Positions 6,657 through 14,904 of a stretch of 20,000 nt of DNA are shown one piece after another (the stretch's first letter is position 1; each line of letters begins with the position of its first letter). Source of the stretch: an uncultured virus (IMG/VR IMGVR_UViG_3300031998_000073) (lineage: Duplodnaviria > Heunggongvirae > Uroviricota > Caudoviricetes); the IMG/VR virus record IMGVR_UViG_3300031998_000073; one strand, given 5' to 3'. The notes beneath the pieces are model-generated. The model did not search any database, was not told the DNA's origin, and was given only the letters and a program-made list of their open reading frames with translations. The position numbers and the translations under genes are program-made.

Positions 6657-8497
6657 ATAATAAACAACCCATTAAAACAACAGAGAGAATGAAAAAGATT
6701 CAGAATTTTGTGGAGAGACACGGACTGATCATCAGCCTGCTCTTCGTAGTGATGGCCGTCCTGACGGGCGGCACCGGCATCTGTCTGGCTGAGGGCGCAG
6801 CCGTGGTCGATCCAGACCCCGCCAATCCCGACCCCGTAGATCCGACAGTTAATGACATGGGCGACGCCACCGGTGAGGGCGCAGGACAGAACCTGCCAGG
6901 CACCCAGGGCAGCGCCACGCAGATCCGTCGCGGCGACCTCGACACCGAGGAGTACGACCCCGACATCGTAAAGTACAATGCACCCAAGTTCGTGCTGCTG
7001 AACTTCGCCCGTACCGTGGCCGTGCAGCGCAGCGTGAAGGGCTATGAGATCGACCACTTCCGTATCGGTGAGGCCAGCCTGACGCTCCGCACTACCGCAC
7101 AGATCAACGAGGCCGAGAGCATCAAGCTGAGCGCGTCGAACTGCAGCGGCAACCTGAACGACCTGGGCGTCAGCTCAACCGTCATCGTGAAGGGCGTGAA
7201 GGGCTACCAGAAGGGCAGCACCACCAAGACCAGCGGCGACCTTGTGCTGTATGTCAGCGCAGCCGACGAGGACGAGGTGACGCTCCGTCCGCTGAACGGT
7301 AAGGCCAAGGTGGAGGGAACCATGAGCGACTACATGCGCGACTACCTCGTGCCCGCCATCCCCGCCAACACAGAGCTGTACATCTCCAGCTATGCCGGCT
7401 CCGAGTCGCAGAAGATCGTTTCTCCCGACAACAGCCAGCCCCGTTCGACCCGCGTCTATCTGCAGAAGCGACTCTTTAATATCCTTATCACAGACCATGA
7501 GCGTGAGATCCTGAAGAAGACCCCGTGGGGATTCGACGAGATGCGCGACCAGGCACTGGCCAACTTCTCCAAGAAGTTCGAGCGCGACCTGTGGGACGGC
7601 GTGCAGACCCGCTACCTCATGCGCACGAAGGACGGCAACGAGGAGTATGTATATACCTCCGAGGGTATCCTCCGCCAGCTGACGAACACGCTGGGCATCG
7701 AGGGCAAGTTCAAGTACGCCCACATCACCGCCATCGGCAAGATCATGTTCACCAAGTATGCAGAGACCACCGAGGCATACCTGCTCTGCGGTAAGAACAA
7801 GGTGGCCGAGATCGCCAACATGGAGGAGATCATCAAGCACATGGACGCCAAGTACGACCACAAGAAGACCGACTACGGCATCGTGGTGCGCGACCTCGTT
7901 TCGAACTTCGGCACGCTGCATATCACCTACGCCCCGATGATGGACGAGATCGGCTATGAGGACTTCTGCGTCGCAGTGCCCCTCCAGATCGCCCGCTACT
8001 ACCACAAGGTGAAGAAGGAGTCAAACATCGACCTGAACAAGGCCGGCAACGACGCACGCGAGGCCATGCGCTATACCTATATCGAGATCGGCGCCCTGGC
8101 ACTCCGCGGTCAGAACTCCCTGCTTGTCGGTCCTTCCGACCAGATCATCGACAAGAACATCAGCGACGACACCGAGCCTATCGAGGTGGTGGACGCCATC
8201 CCCAGCAACCCGACGGACGGCATGATCATCTCCTTCGACGGCCTGCTGAGCGAGGACGGCGAGGTGACGAAGGTGAGCGCACTGCCTGCCGATCCCGCAG
8301 AGGGCGACATCATCGCGCCGACACAGGATATCGTCGTAGGTACCGATCCCGACACCGTGACCTACGAGGAAGGCAAGTACTACATCTATGAGAGCAATGC
8401 CTGGACCGAGTACGACGGCGTAGTCCTCGACGGCGACAAGGTATGGCAGTGGGACGAGGATTCCAGCCAGTGGGTGGAGTACACCGGAAACGTCTAA
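6653..8497 (+). CDS. Major capsid protein (probable HK97 fold) with hydrophobic N-terminal leader and C-terminal decoration-like domain
   Basis: 614 aa, after the scaffold, strongly C/G-ending codons. Motifs 'YLQKRLF', 'KKFERDLWDG', 'TSEGI', 'SNFGTLHI' fit E-loop/P-domain patterns. Alternative start at 6689. Confidence 0.75.
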   Translation: MNNKQPIKTTERMKKIQNFVERHGLIISLLFVVMAVLTGGTGICLAEGAAVVDPDPANPDPVDPTVNDMGDATGEGAGQNLPGTQGSATQIRRGDLDTEEYDPDIVKYNAPKFVLLNFARTVAVQRSVKGYEIDHFRIGEASLTLRTTAQINEAESIKLSASNCSGNLNDLGVSSTVIVKGVKGYQKGSTTKTSGDLVLYVSAADEDEVTLRPLNGKAKVEGTMSDYMRDYLVPAIPANTELYISSYAGSESQKIVSPDNSQPRSTRVYLQKRLFNILITDHEREILKKTPWGFDEMRDQALANFSKKFERDLWDGVQTRYLMRTKDGNEEYVYTSEGILRQLTNTLGIEGKFKYAHITAIGKIMFTKYAETTEAYLLCGKNKVAEIANMEEIIKHMDAKYDHKKTDYGIVVRDLVSNFGTLHITYAPMMDEIGYEDFCVAVPLQIARYYHKVKKESNIDLNKAGNDAREAMRYTYIEIGALALRGQNSLLVGPSDQIIDKNISDDTEPIEVVDAIPSNPTDGMIISFDGLLSEDGEVTKVSALPADPAEGDIIAPTQDIVVGTDPDTVTYEEGKYYIYESNAWTEYDGVVLDGDKVWQWDEDSSQWVEYTGNV

Positions 8498-8515
8498 ACG
8501 GACCTCCTTTCATTC

Positions 8516-8562
8516 GGGGTGGCTGCGTACCGGCTCCCGGCCATGCGGCCACCCCATATTTT
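8516..8562 (+). terminator. GC-rich hairpin after the capsid gene (terminator/attenuator or RNA-stabilising stem)
   Basis: GGGGTGGCTGCGT...ATGCGGCCACCCC (8516-8555), followed by ATATTTT. Confidence 0.6.
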
Positions 8563-8586
8563 CCCAAAAAGCAAAAGTAAGACATT

Positions 8587-9117
8587 ATGCTGAAGATTTA
8601 TCAACTAAGACTGAAGCAGAACACCTTCGAGGTCACGCTCCGATACAAGGGCGTAGGCGTGAGGGTGGCTTTCGTGGACGGCAATACCTACAACGGAGTG
8701 CCTGCCAAATGCTACACAAACGACCCGTTCAAGCAGCGTGCCATCGAGGCCAGCCAGATGTTCAAGGACAAGGAGATCGTGCTGGAGCGCACGGTTGAGG
8801 AGGAGGGTGACCGCAAGGCCGCTGCCGCCAAGTCCGCAAAGAAGGTGAGCATGGCAGCCAAGACGAAGCAGGCCGCAAAGCCTGCAACCGCAAAGCCTGT
8901 AACCGCGAAGTCGCCAGAGCCTCCGAAAGACCAGGAGCCTCCGAAGGATCCCGAGTCAGGGAATGCCGGTGACGGTACAGCCGCCATGACATTCGACAAC
9001 CTGGGCGAGGCCATCCAGTACATCGCCAAGGAATGGCAGATTCCCGTGCAGACCGAGAGGGAGGCCCGCCAGGTGCTGAAGGATCACGGCATTAACCCGA
9101 CCATCAAGAAGGGGTAA
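8587..9117 (+). CDS. Hypothetical protein (two small domains joined by an A/K/P-rich linker)
   Basis: 176 aa, AT-rich leader, codon style as in the capsid gene; AKPAT/EPPKD repeats in the linker. Confidence 0.7.
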   Translation: MLKIYQLRLKQNTFEVTLRYKGVGVRVAFVDGNTYNGVPAKCYTNDPFKQRAIEASQMFKDKEIVLERTVEEEGDRKAAAAKSAKKVSMAAKTKQAAKPATAKPVTAKSPEPPKDQEPPKDPESGNAGDGTAAMTFDNLGEAIQYIAKEWQIPVQTEREARQVLKDHGINPTIKKG

Positions 9118-9137
9118 AAGAGTGAAAAGGTGAAGAG

Positions 9138-9818
9138 ATGCTGGTATCGGAGATAGTGACACGGGTGAGGGCCGTCATCGACGAGCTGATGCAGAACGAC
9201 TCGGACTTCCTCCGCGAGAGCGAGGACGAGAAGAACCTGACGTCGTTGATCATCGACAAGATCGGCTACGCCCTGCAGCACGTCATCGAGAATGCGCCGC
9301 TCGACAAGCTCGACGACGACATGCTCGAGACGCTGACGGGGACGGAGCTGGCAAACAGCTTCTCCATCGACTCCACAAGCCTTGTCGCCACCCTGATACT
9401 TCCGACAGAACTTCTCCGCATCGTCGAGGCCCGGCTTTCGTCGTGGTCTCGTTTTCCTGTTCCTGAGCGTGACACGTCACAGGTGTACCTCATGCAGCAG
9501 GACCAGTACGCCCGAGGCTCATGGGACAGGCCCGTGAATATCCTGACCTACAACGCCAGCGGCAAGAAGATACTGGAGATGTACAGCGCCAAGACCAGTG
9601 CCGACACGCTTGTGTTCGTGTTTGTGAGCAAGCCCGACACCACTGACATCGACGCAGATCACATGTCAACGGACCTGGACGTGCCCTCACAGCTGGAGGC
9701 AGCGCTGATCTACCAGATTGCAGCCCTGACGATGACGGCCTTCAAGGATGACGTGGCCGGATCGCTCTTCGCCATCGCCTCAAAGTACCTGGATCCCGAC
9801 GCAGTGAACAATGAATAA
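9138..9818 (+). CDS. Putative head-tail adaptor / tail tubular-like protein
   Basis: 226 aa with helix-helix N-terminus (EIVTRVRAVIDE), beta middle (LPTELLRIV), 'VSKP' and 'LDVPSQLEAALIYQIA' C-terminal helices, an adaptor-like layout. Confidence 0.55.
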   Translation: MLVSEIVTRVRAVIDELMQNDSDFLRESEDEKNLTSLIIDKIGYALQHVIENAPLDKLDDDMLETLTGTELANSFSIDSTSLVATLILPTELLRIVEARLSSWSRFPVPERDTSQVYLMQQDQYARGSWDRPVNILTYNASGKKILEMYSAKTSADTLVFVFVSKPDTTDIDADHMSTDLDVPSQLEAALIYQIAALTMTAFKDDVAGSLFAIASKYLDPDAVNNE

Positions 9819-9835
9819 TACGCTAACGCACGAAA

Positions 9836-10105
9836 ATGATTACACCGGCATTCATATTCGACACCGAGGCCAACGGCTATATCAGCGACCCGTTCACCGT
9901 GTTTGAGCAGGCGAAGGTACACATCGAGCTTGCCAGCAGGGCGCCTGTGGTGACGCTGAAGGAGGAACCGGACGGCAGCTACGCCAACTACGGGCAAAGC
10001 CCGAAGGAGAGTGACCGCTACGAGATCAACCTCACCACCAAGGACGAGATAACGGTCCGTCTGGCCGCTCCCGTCGAGGTGACGAAATGTTACATCATCA
10101 ACTGA
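9836..10105 (+). CDS. Small beta-rich hypothetical virion protein
   Basis: 89 aa, in operon, consistent codon usage. Confidence 0.6.
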   Translation: MITPAFIFDTEANGYISDPFTVFEQAKVHIELASRAPVVTLKEEPDGSYANYGQSPKESDRYEINLTTKDEITVRLAAPVEVTKCYIIN

Positions 10106-10112
10106 CACCCGT

Positions 10113-11114
10113 ATGAAAATATTCGAATACGACGTACATATCGGCCAGCACCGCGTCCTGACAAATACGCATGACATCGCCGACAAGGCCGTCACCGGCA
10201 GGAAGCTGGCAGACCGTATCATCGACTGGTACCACATCATCAAGAAGGCCATCCGCAACGAGCATATCGCAGACAAAGCGATTAATACCAGAACCATAGA
10301 CGACAAGGCCGTCACGCCCAAGAAACTGTCTGACGATGTTGTTCCCGATGTGATCCAGCCGCTTTTGGACGAACTTGACGAGAGACACAAGACCATAACC
10401 GACGATCTGCAACATCAGATTACATCAATGGTTGCAGGCTCAAGTGTACCCATCAGCAATCAGTTTGGTGACAATACGCTTGTATGTGTTTCGCAGAAAG
10501 CCCTCACTGAGGCATTCAACAAGGTCTGGGGCAAACTGGAGGAGATTACTGGTGAGAGCCTGAAGGGATTCAACCTCATTGTCACTCCTGAGTATTACAT
10601 CGGAGAGGACGGCTGCACTGTTCATGTCTCTGCATCAAGTGCTGAGACGGCAGGAAGGTTTGAGTATATCCGCTTCCACATCAATAATATCCTCGTCACT
10701 GAGGCTGAGGACGTGGAAAGCTTGGAATATACCACTACGGTCAATGAGACCTCGGAAATCAAGTGTGTGGCAAAGATTCTCGGCATCGAATACACTGAGA
10801 CAAAGATGCTCACACACTACAGCTCATTCTTCCTCGGTGCTGCAACAAGCTACACCAACATCATGAATGTCAACCATATCATCTCCATCAATGATCACAT
10901 GAGGGGCAGCTACAATGTGCCGTGCAATGACGGAGACAGAATCTTCGTGGTTGTGGGCAAGAGTCTGAGGGAGGGCTTTGCGCGTGCTGACATGAACGGT
11001 GTTGAAATCCCGTTCACTGAGAGTGAGGTGACTGTTGACGGTAAGCAGTATGTGGTATTCACGTCACAAAACACCTACCAGAGAGGAACCTACAATATTG
11101 ACATTAACAGCTAA
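10113..11114 (+). CDS. Tail fibre-related protein
   Basis: 333 aa. IxDKAVT..K-type repeats (x3), coiled coil, 'FGDNTLVCVSQKALT' linker typical of fibre shafts, and a beta-rich C-terminus. Confidence 0.6.
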   Translation: MKIFEYDVHIGQHRVLTNTHDIADKAVTGRKLADRIIDWYHIIKKAIRNEHIADKAINTRTIDDKAVTPKKLSDDVVPDVIQPLLDELDERHKTITDDLQHQITSMVAGSSVPISNQFGDNTLVCVSQKALTEAFNKVWGKLEEITGESLKGFNLIVTPEYYIGEDGCTVHVSASSAETAGRFEYIRFHINNILVTEAEDVESLEYTTTVNETSEIKCVAKILGIEYTETKMLTHYSSFFLGAATSYTNIMNVNHIISINDHMRGSYNVPCNDGDRIFVVVGKSLREGFARADMNGVEIPFTESEVTVDGKQYVVFTSQNTYQRGTYNIDINS

Positions 11115-11119
11115 GAGAT

Positions 11120-11530
11120 ATGGAAAGTGTAAACGTATATGCAAGGGGCAGGCAGAAGCCTGTGGCCACCTACAACAATATCCTCCTTCCCCAGAACACA
11201 GTAGGGAAGAGGAACATCCTTGTGCAGGACATGATGACCACTGAGAATGCAAGGTACATCATCAAGTGGGACTTTGACCTTGACGGGCAGACAATCACTA
11301 TCCCTGACGGCTGTATGCTGTCTTTTGAAGGAGGCAGTTTCTTTAATGGTACTGTGAATGTCAACGGTGCTGACATCTTCCCCAACTACGACGCCCTTGC
11401 AGGGACTCAGAACATGACTGTTGAGGGCTATCCCAAGGCTGGTGTCGTGAGGTGGGACTATGAGAATCAGAAACCTGTCTGGAGTACAGGAGAGAAGTGG
11501 GTGAATGCCCTTGGTGGTGATAACGTATAA
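11120..11530 (+). CDS. Short tailspike-like protein (beta-helix N-cap plus C-terminal cap)
   Basis: 136 aa. 'YIIKWDFDLDGQTITIPDGCMLSFEGGSF' resembles the start of beta-helical spikes and 'KPVWSTGEKWVNALG' resembles spike C-termini. Confidence 0.5.
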   Translation: MESVNVYARGRQKPVATYNNILLPQNTVGKRNILVQDMMTTENARYIIKWDFDLDGQTITIPDGCMLSFEGGSFFNGTVNVNGADIFPNYDALAGTQNMTVEGYPKAGVVRWDYENQKPVWSTGEKWVNALGGDNV

Positions 11531-11542
11531 AGACTTGCAGAT

Positions 11543-14500
11543 ATGAACAACGAAGTAACTTACATTCCAAATAGAATTAAGAGCGCATCAAAGAATGACC
11601 CATTTGTAGCAGGTGCCGAGGATATAGATGCAGGGGGTAAGAGTCAGCAGGCTATCAATCAGGAGATGGTATCAGATGTAGAAACTCTTGACGGCAAAAT
11701 TACAGCAGAGAGACAACGGGCAGAAGGAGTGGAACTGAATCTTACAAGGGATATTTCAGACAGATACACTAAGGATCAGGTTTACAACAAAAGCGAGACT
11801 TACAGTCAGGAAGAGGTCAACAATATTGTATCAAGGACTCCCGAGACTGATGTGATTGTCATTGACATACCTGCTGCCTCGCAGAGTGACATTGCAGGCT
11901 GGCTTGATGCCAACACTCCAAGTGGCATTGACCCTGAGACGGGGAAAAGCGTAAGAGCCAACAAACTTTACCGTGTCCCTGGCCCAACAAATACTACATT
12001 CAGTGAGTGGGCCTGGAATGGTACTGCATATATCCCGCTTGCAAACAAGGATTATGGCATTGATGACGAGCCAACTCCTGATTGTGATAATATGTCTAAG
12101 AGTGGAGGTACATTTAAGTTTGTGAGCCGTCAGACATATAATTCGGAAGATGTAGGGAAGGCCATTGAGAGTATTAATAATGTACCGACTATTTATGACA
12201 AGGAAAATTGTCTTGTTACGCCTTTTATTGACGTGAGGGATACAAACGGTGTATTCTACTTCGGTGGAGCTTCTGGAAGTGATTTCGTACATTGCCATAT
12301 CTGCTGCTATAATCTTGCCAAGGAGTTTATTACCGATTATTGGTGGACAATGAGCCTTGGATATTACGTGAACTTTGAAAGAAACACGGAAGCTGGTGCA
12401 AGTGTAAGATATATCAGGGCAACCATGTATGTACCCAACATTCAGAACTGTAGCATAAGGGATGATGACGGTAAGGTCTTGTGGCAGGGTGATATCCATA
12501 AAGATGGAGTCACGTTAGATTATCTGTATGGAAATACGATAAGAGAGTTCAAATGTAACCCTGCCAATGGCAGATTATTGAGAGACGAAGATTGTTGCTG
12601 TACGCCATTCGTTAGTGTTGATGGTCTAAGTGGAATATGGTGGAACTCGAACTGTCATGAGTCAGAGGTTTCCCTTTGCTGTTATGATGCAAACAAGAGA
12701 TTTATTGCCGCCTCAAACTGGTCGTCAAATTATTTGCGCTGGATTGATTTTGGTGGTAGTGACGTCAGATACATTATTGCGTCCATGAAGAAAGACAAAA
12801 TTCAGGACTGCTTTATTAAAGATGCAAATGGAAACGTTCTTTGGTCTGTTGACGCAGGTGATGTTGGAAAAAAGAATTTCAAGGCATACTCTGTTATTCT
12901 TCAGTTTGGTTATGACTACTGGCTGAATGATGATACTTCGTTCACTGTCAGCATAAACCATGCCAATGCCAACAACTCCGTAGGATATGCTAACTGCGAG
13001 AAGGAAGTCGGAGAGGTATATCTTTATGGTGCTGATAGTGCATTGAAAGGCGATATGTATGAATATGTAATACCTAATTTCCACTTCCTTGTAGCAAGAC
13101 AGAAAGAAGGGCTGGACTATTTTGAGCTTACTGTTACCGACTACAACCATTTACAGAAGAATGACATATTACTTTGCTATGCTGCATATTCAAATTTGTA
13201 TGGAGTATTGGCTGAAACAAAAAGTAGAGTATCTTCCAGCTTATTGAATGTTATATATAATTCTGATAATATAAATTATTGTATTGAGGCAGCTGATTAT
13301 CCTGCTCGTATAAAAGAGAAAAAGGATTATCTTGTAACTCCGTTTATTGATGTAAGTGAACTAAGTGGCATTTGGTATGCTGCGGGAATACGATACATCT
13401 ATGCTCACCTCTGCTGCTATGACGCAGATAAAAACTGTATAGAGGACTACTGGTGGACAATGAATACCGGCTACTACATTAACTTCCAAAGGGAAACTGA
13501 AAAGGGTGCACGTGTGAAATATGTTAGAGCCACAATGTATATCCCGAACATAAGGGAATGCTGCCTGAAGACAAGTGAAAACGGAGAAGTCCTTTGGCAA
13601 AGCAATGTTGACAGCTATTTTGGAAGTACTTCACAGGCAGAAGACCTTCCTGTTTACTACAATGACTACCTTAAGGGTATCAGGGAGAAAGTCGAAGACA
13701 GGATCATCTCACTTGGGCATCGCAATGATTCCTTCTTCTTCTTTACCGATGTTCATACCATATTGGATGGCAGAAATAACAACTCTTTCAATTCCGGAAA
13801 GATCATCGGTAATCTGATGAAGACTACAAATATAAACAAGGCTGTGTTTGGAGGTGACATTGCTCCCGCTTTAGGCAGCAGGCAGAATATGATTGACACC
13901 ATGTCTGACTTCGCTGAACAATGGTACAGACATATAGCACCATACGGAAAACTCTACAGCGTAAAGGGTAACCATGACTTCCATATCACGGACAATGGTA
14001 CAAGAATCACCCTTCCGCAGGGCAGTGTAAGGAACTACTTCATGAACAGACAGAACATGGAGGCAGGATTACACTACGATGACAACAATCAGGAGTCCGT
14101 ATACTTCTACACCGACAATCGGGGTCAGAAGATAAGATACATCTTCGTTGACACGATGGATACCGTTGATTGGACTTTCAGCAAGCCCCAAAGCGATTTC
14201 TGCTACAATGCCATCGCTAATGCTCCATCTGGATATGGAATCGTTGTAATAGGCCATATTCCAGCCTGTGAGACAAATGCCCCAACTATCCAGACACTTG
14301 CCGATTTCCTTGGAGGATTCAGGAACAAGCAGAGTGTTACAATCAACGGTACTGTCTATGACTTTACCAGTGTGGAATCTGACCTGTTGTTCATGCTTGC
14401 AGGCCACGAGCATCGTGATGACTTTGTTGCCTATAAGAATGTGCCTTACTTCATTGTCGCGTGCGACACTCTTGTCAATGACTACAAAGTAGGTCAGTTT

Positions 14501-14899
14501 GGAGAGACTGATGACTTTCCCAATAAAGTAAGGGGCACAATATATGAAGTTACATTTGATGCGGTGTTTGTAGACATTCAGAATGAGACTGTTCAGTTTG
14601 TAAGAATTGGAGGAGGCTATGACAGGATATGCCACTTCAATACCAACAGGGTTAATGCGGGCAGTACAATCCAACTGCAAACGACAGTAGAAGACCCCGA
14701 ATGGCTTGATTGTGATGGCACTGGCAACTATTATGGTGGGTGGGATCCGAATACTGGCATGTATATCTATGAGAACAGCCATACAAAAGTGTCTGTCAAC
14801 AATGGTACGGTGACTGGTCTGGCTACTGGCAACGCCCTTGTGTGTGCAAGAAATCGCATTACTAAAGTAATGGAAATATTCGTAATTGAAGTTGTATAA
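11543..14899 (+). CDS. Large fibre/spike protein with three internal repeats, a calcineurin-like metallophosphoesterase domain and a C-terminal Ig-like domain
   Basis: 1118 aa. All five metallophosphoesterase motifs in order: TDVH, GGD, GNHD, GH, GHEH. Repeats 'TPF(I/V)xV...CCY...VRYI/VKYV...VLW'. C-terminus 'VSVNNGTVTGLATGNALV' is Big_2-like. Confidence 0.8.
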   Translation: MNNEVTYIPNRIKSASKNDPFVAGAEDIDAGGKSQQAINQEMVSDVETLDGKITAERQRAEGVELNLTRDISDRYTKDQVYNKSETYSQEEVNNIVSRTPETDVIVIDIPAASQSDIAGWLDANTPSGIDPETGKSVRANKLYRVPGPTNTTFSEWAWNGTAYIPLANKDYGIDDEPTPDCDNMSKSGGTFKFVSRQTYNSEDVGKAIESINNVPTIYDKENCLVTPFIDVRDTNGVFYFGGASGSDFVHCHICCYNLAKEFITDYWWTMSLGYYVNFERNTEAGASVRYIRATMYVPNIQNCSIRDDDGKVLWQGDIHKDGVTLDYLYGNTIREFKCNPANGRLLRDEDCCCTPFVSVDGLSGIWWNSNCHESEVSLCCYDANKRFIAASNWSSNYLRWIDFGGSDVRYIIASMKKDKIQDCFIKDANGNVLWSVDAGDVGKKNFKAYSVILQFGYDYWLNDDTSFTVSINHANANNSVGYANCEKEVGEVYLYGADSALKGDMYEYVIPNFHFLVARQKEGLDYFELTVTDYNHLQKNDILLCYAAYSNLYGVLAETKSRVSSSLLNVIYNSDNINYCIEAADYPARIKEKKDYLVTPFIDVSELSGIWYAAGIRYIYAHLCCYDADKNCIEDYWWTMNTGYYINFQRETEKGARVKYVRATMYIPNIRECCLKTSENGEVLWQSNVDSYFGSTSQAEDLPVYYNDYLKGIREKVEDRIISLGHRNDSFFFFTDVHTILDGRNNNSFNSGKIIGNLMKTTNINKAVFGGDIAPALGSRQNMIDTMSDFAEQWYRHIAPYGKLYSVKGNHDFHITDNGTRITLPQGSVRNYFMNRQNMEAGLHYDDNNQESVYFYTDNRGQKIRYIFVDTMDTVDWTFSKPQSDFCYNAIANAPSGYGIVVIGHIPACETNAPTIQTLADFLGGFRNKQSVTINGTVYDFTSVESDLLFMLAGHEHRDDFVAYKNVPYFIVACDTLVNDYKVGQFGETDDFPNKVRGTIYEVTFDAVFVDIQNETVQFVRIGGGYDRICHFNTNRVNAGSTIQLQTTVEDPEWLDCDGTGNYYGGWDPNTGMYIYENSHTKVSVNNGTVTGLATGNALVCARNRITKVMEIFVIEVV

Positions 14900-14904
14900 A
14901 ATAT

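Noticed and set aside
6368..8005. Long minus-strand ORFs (229 aa and 276 aa) opposite the capsid gene
   Set aside because: Shadow ORFs expected from GC-rich codon bias.
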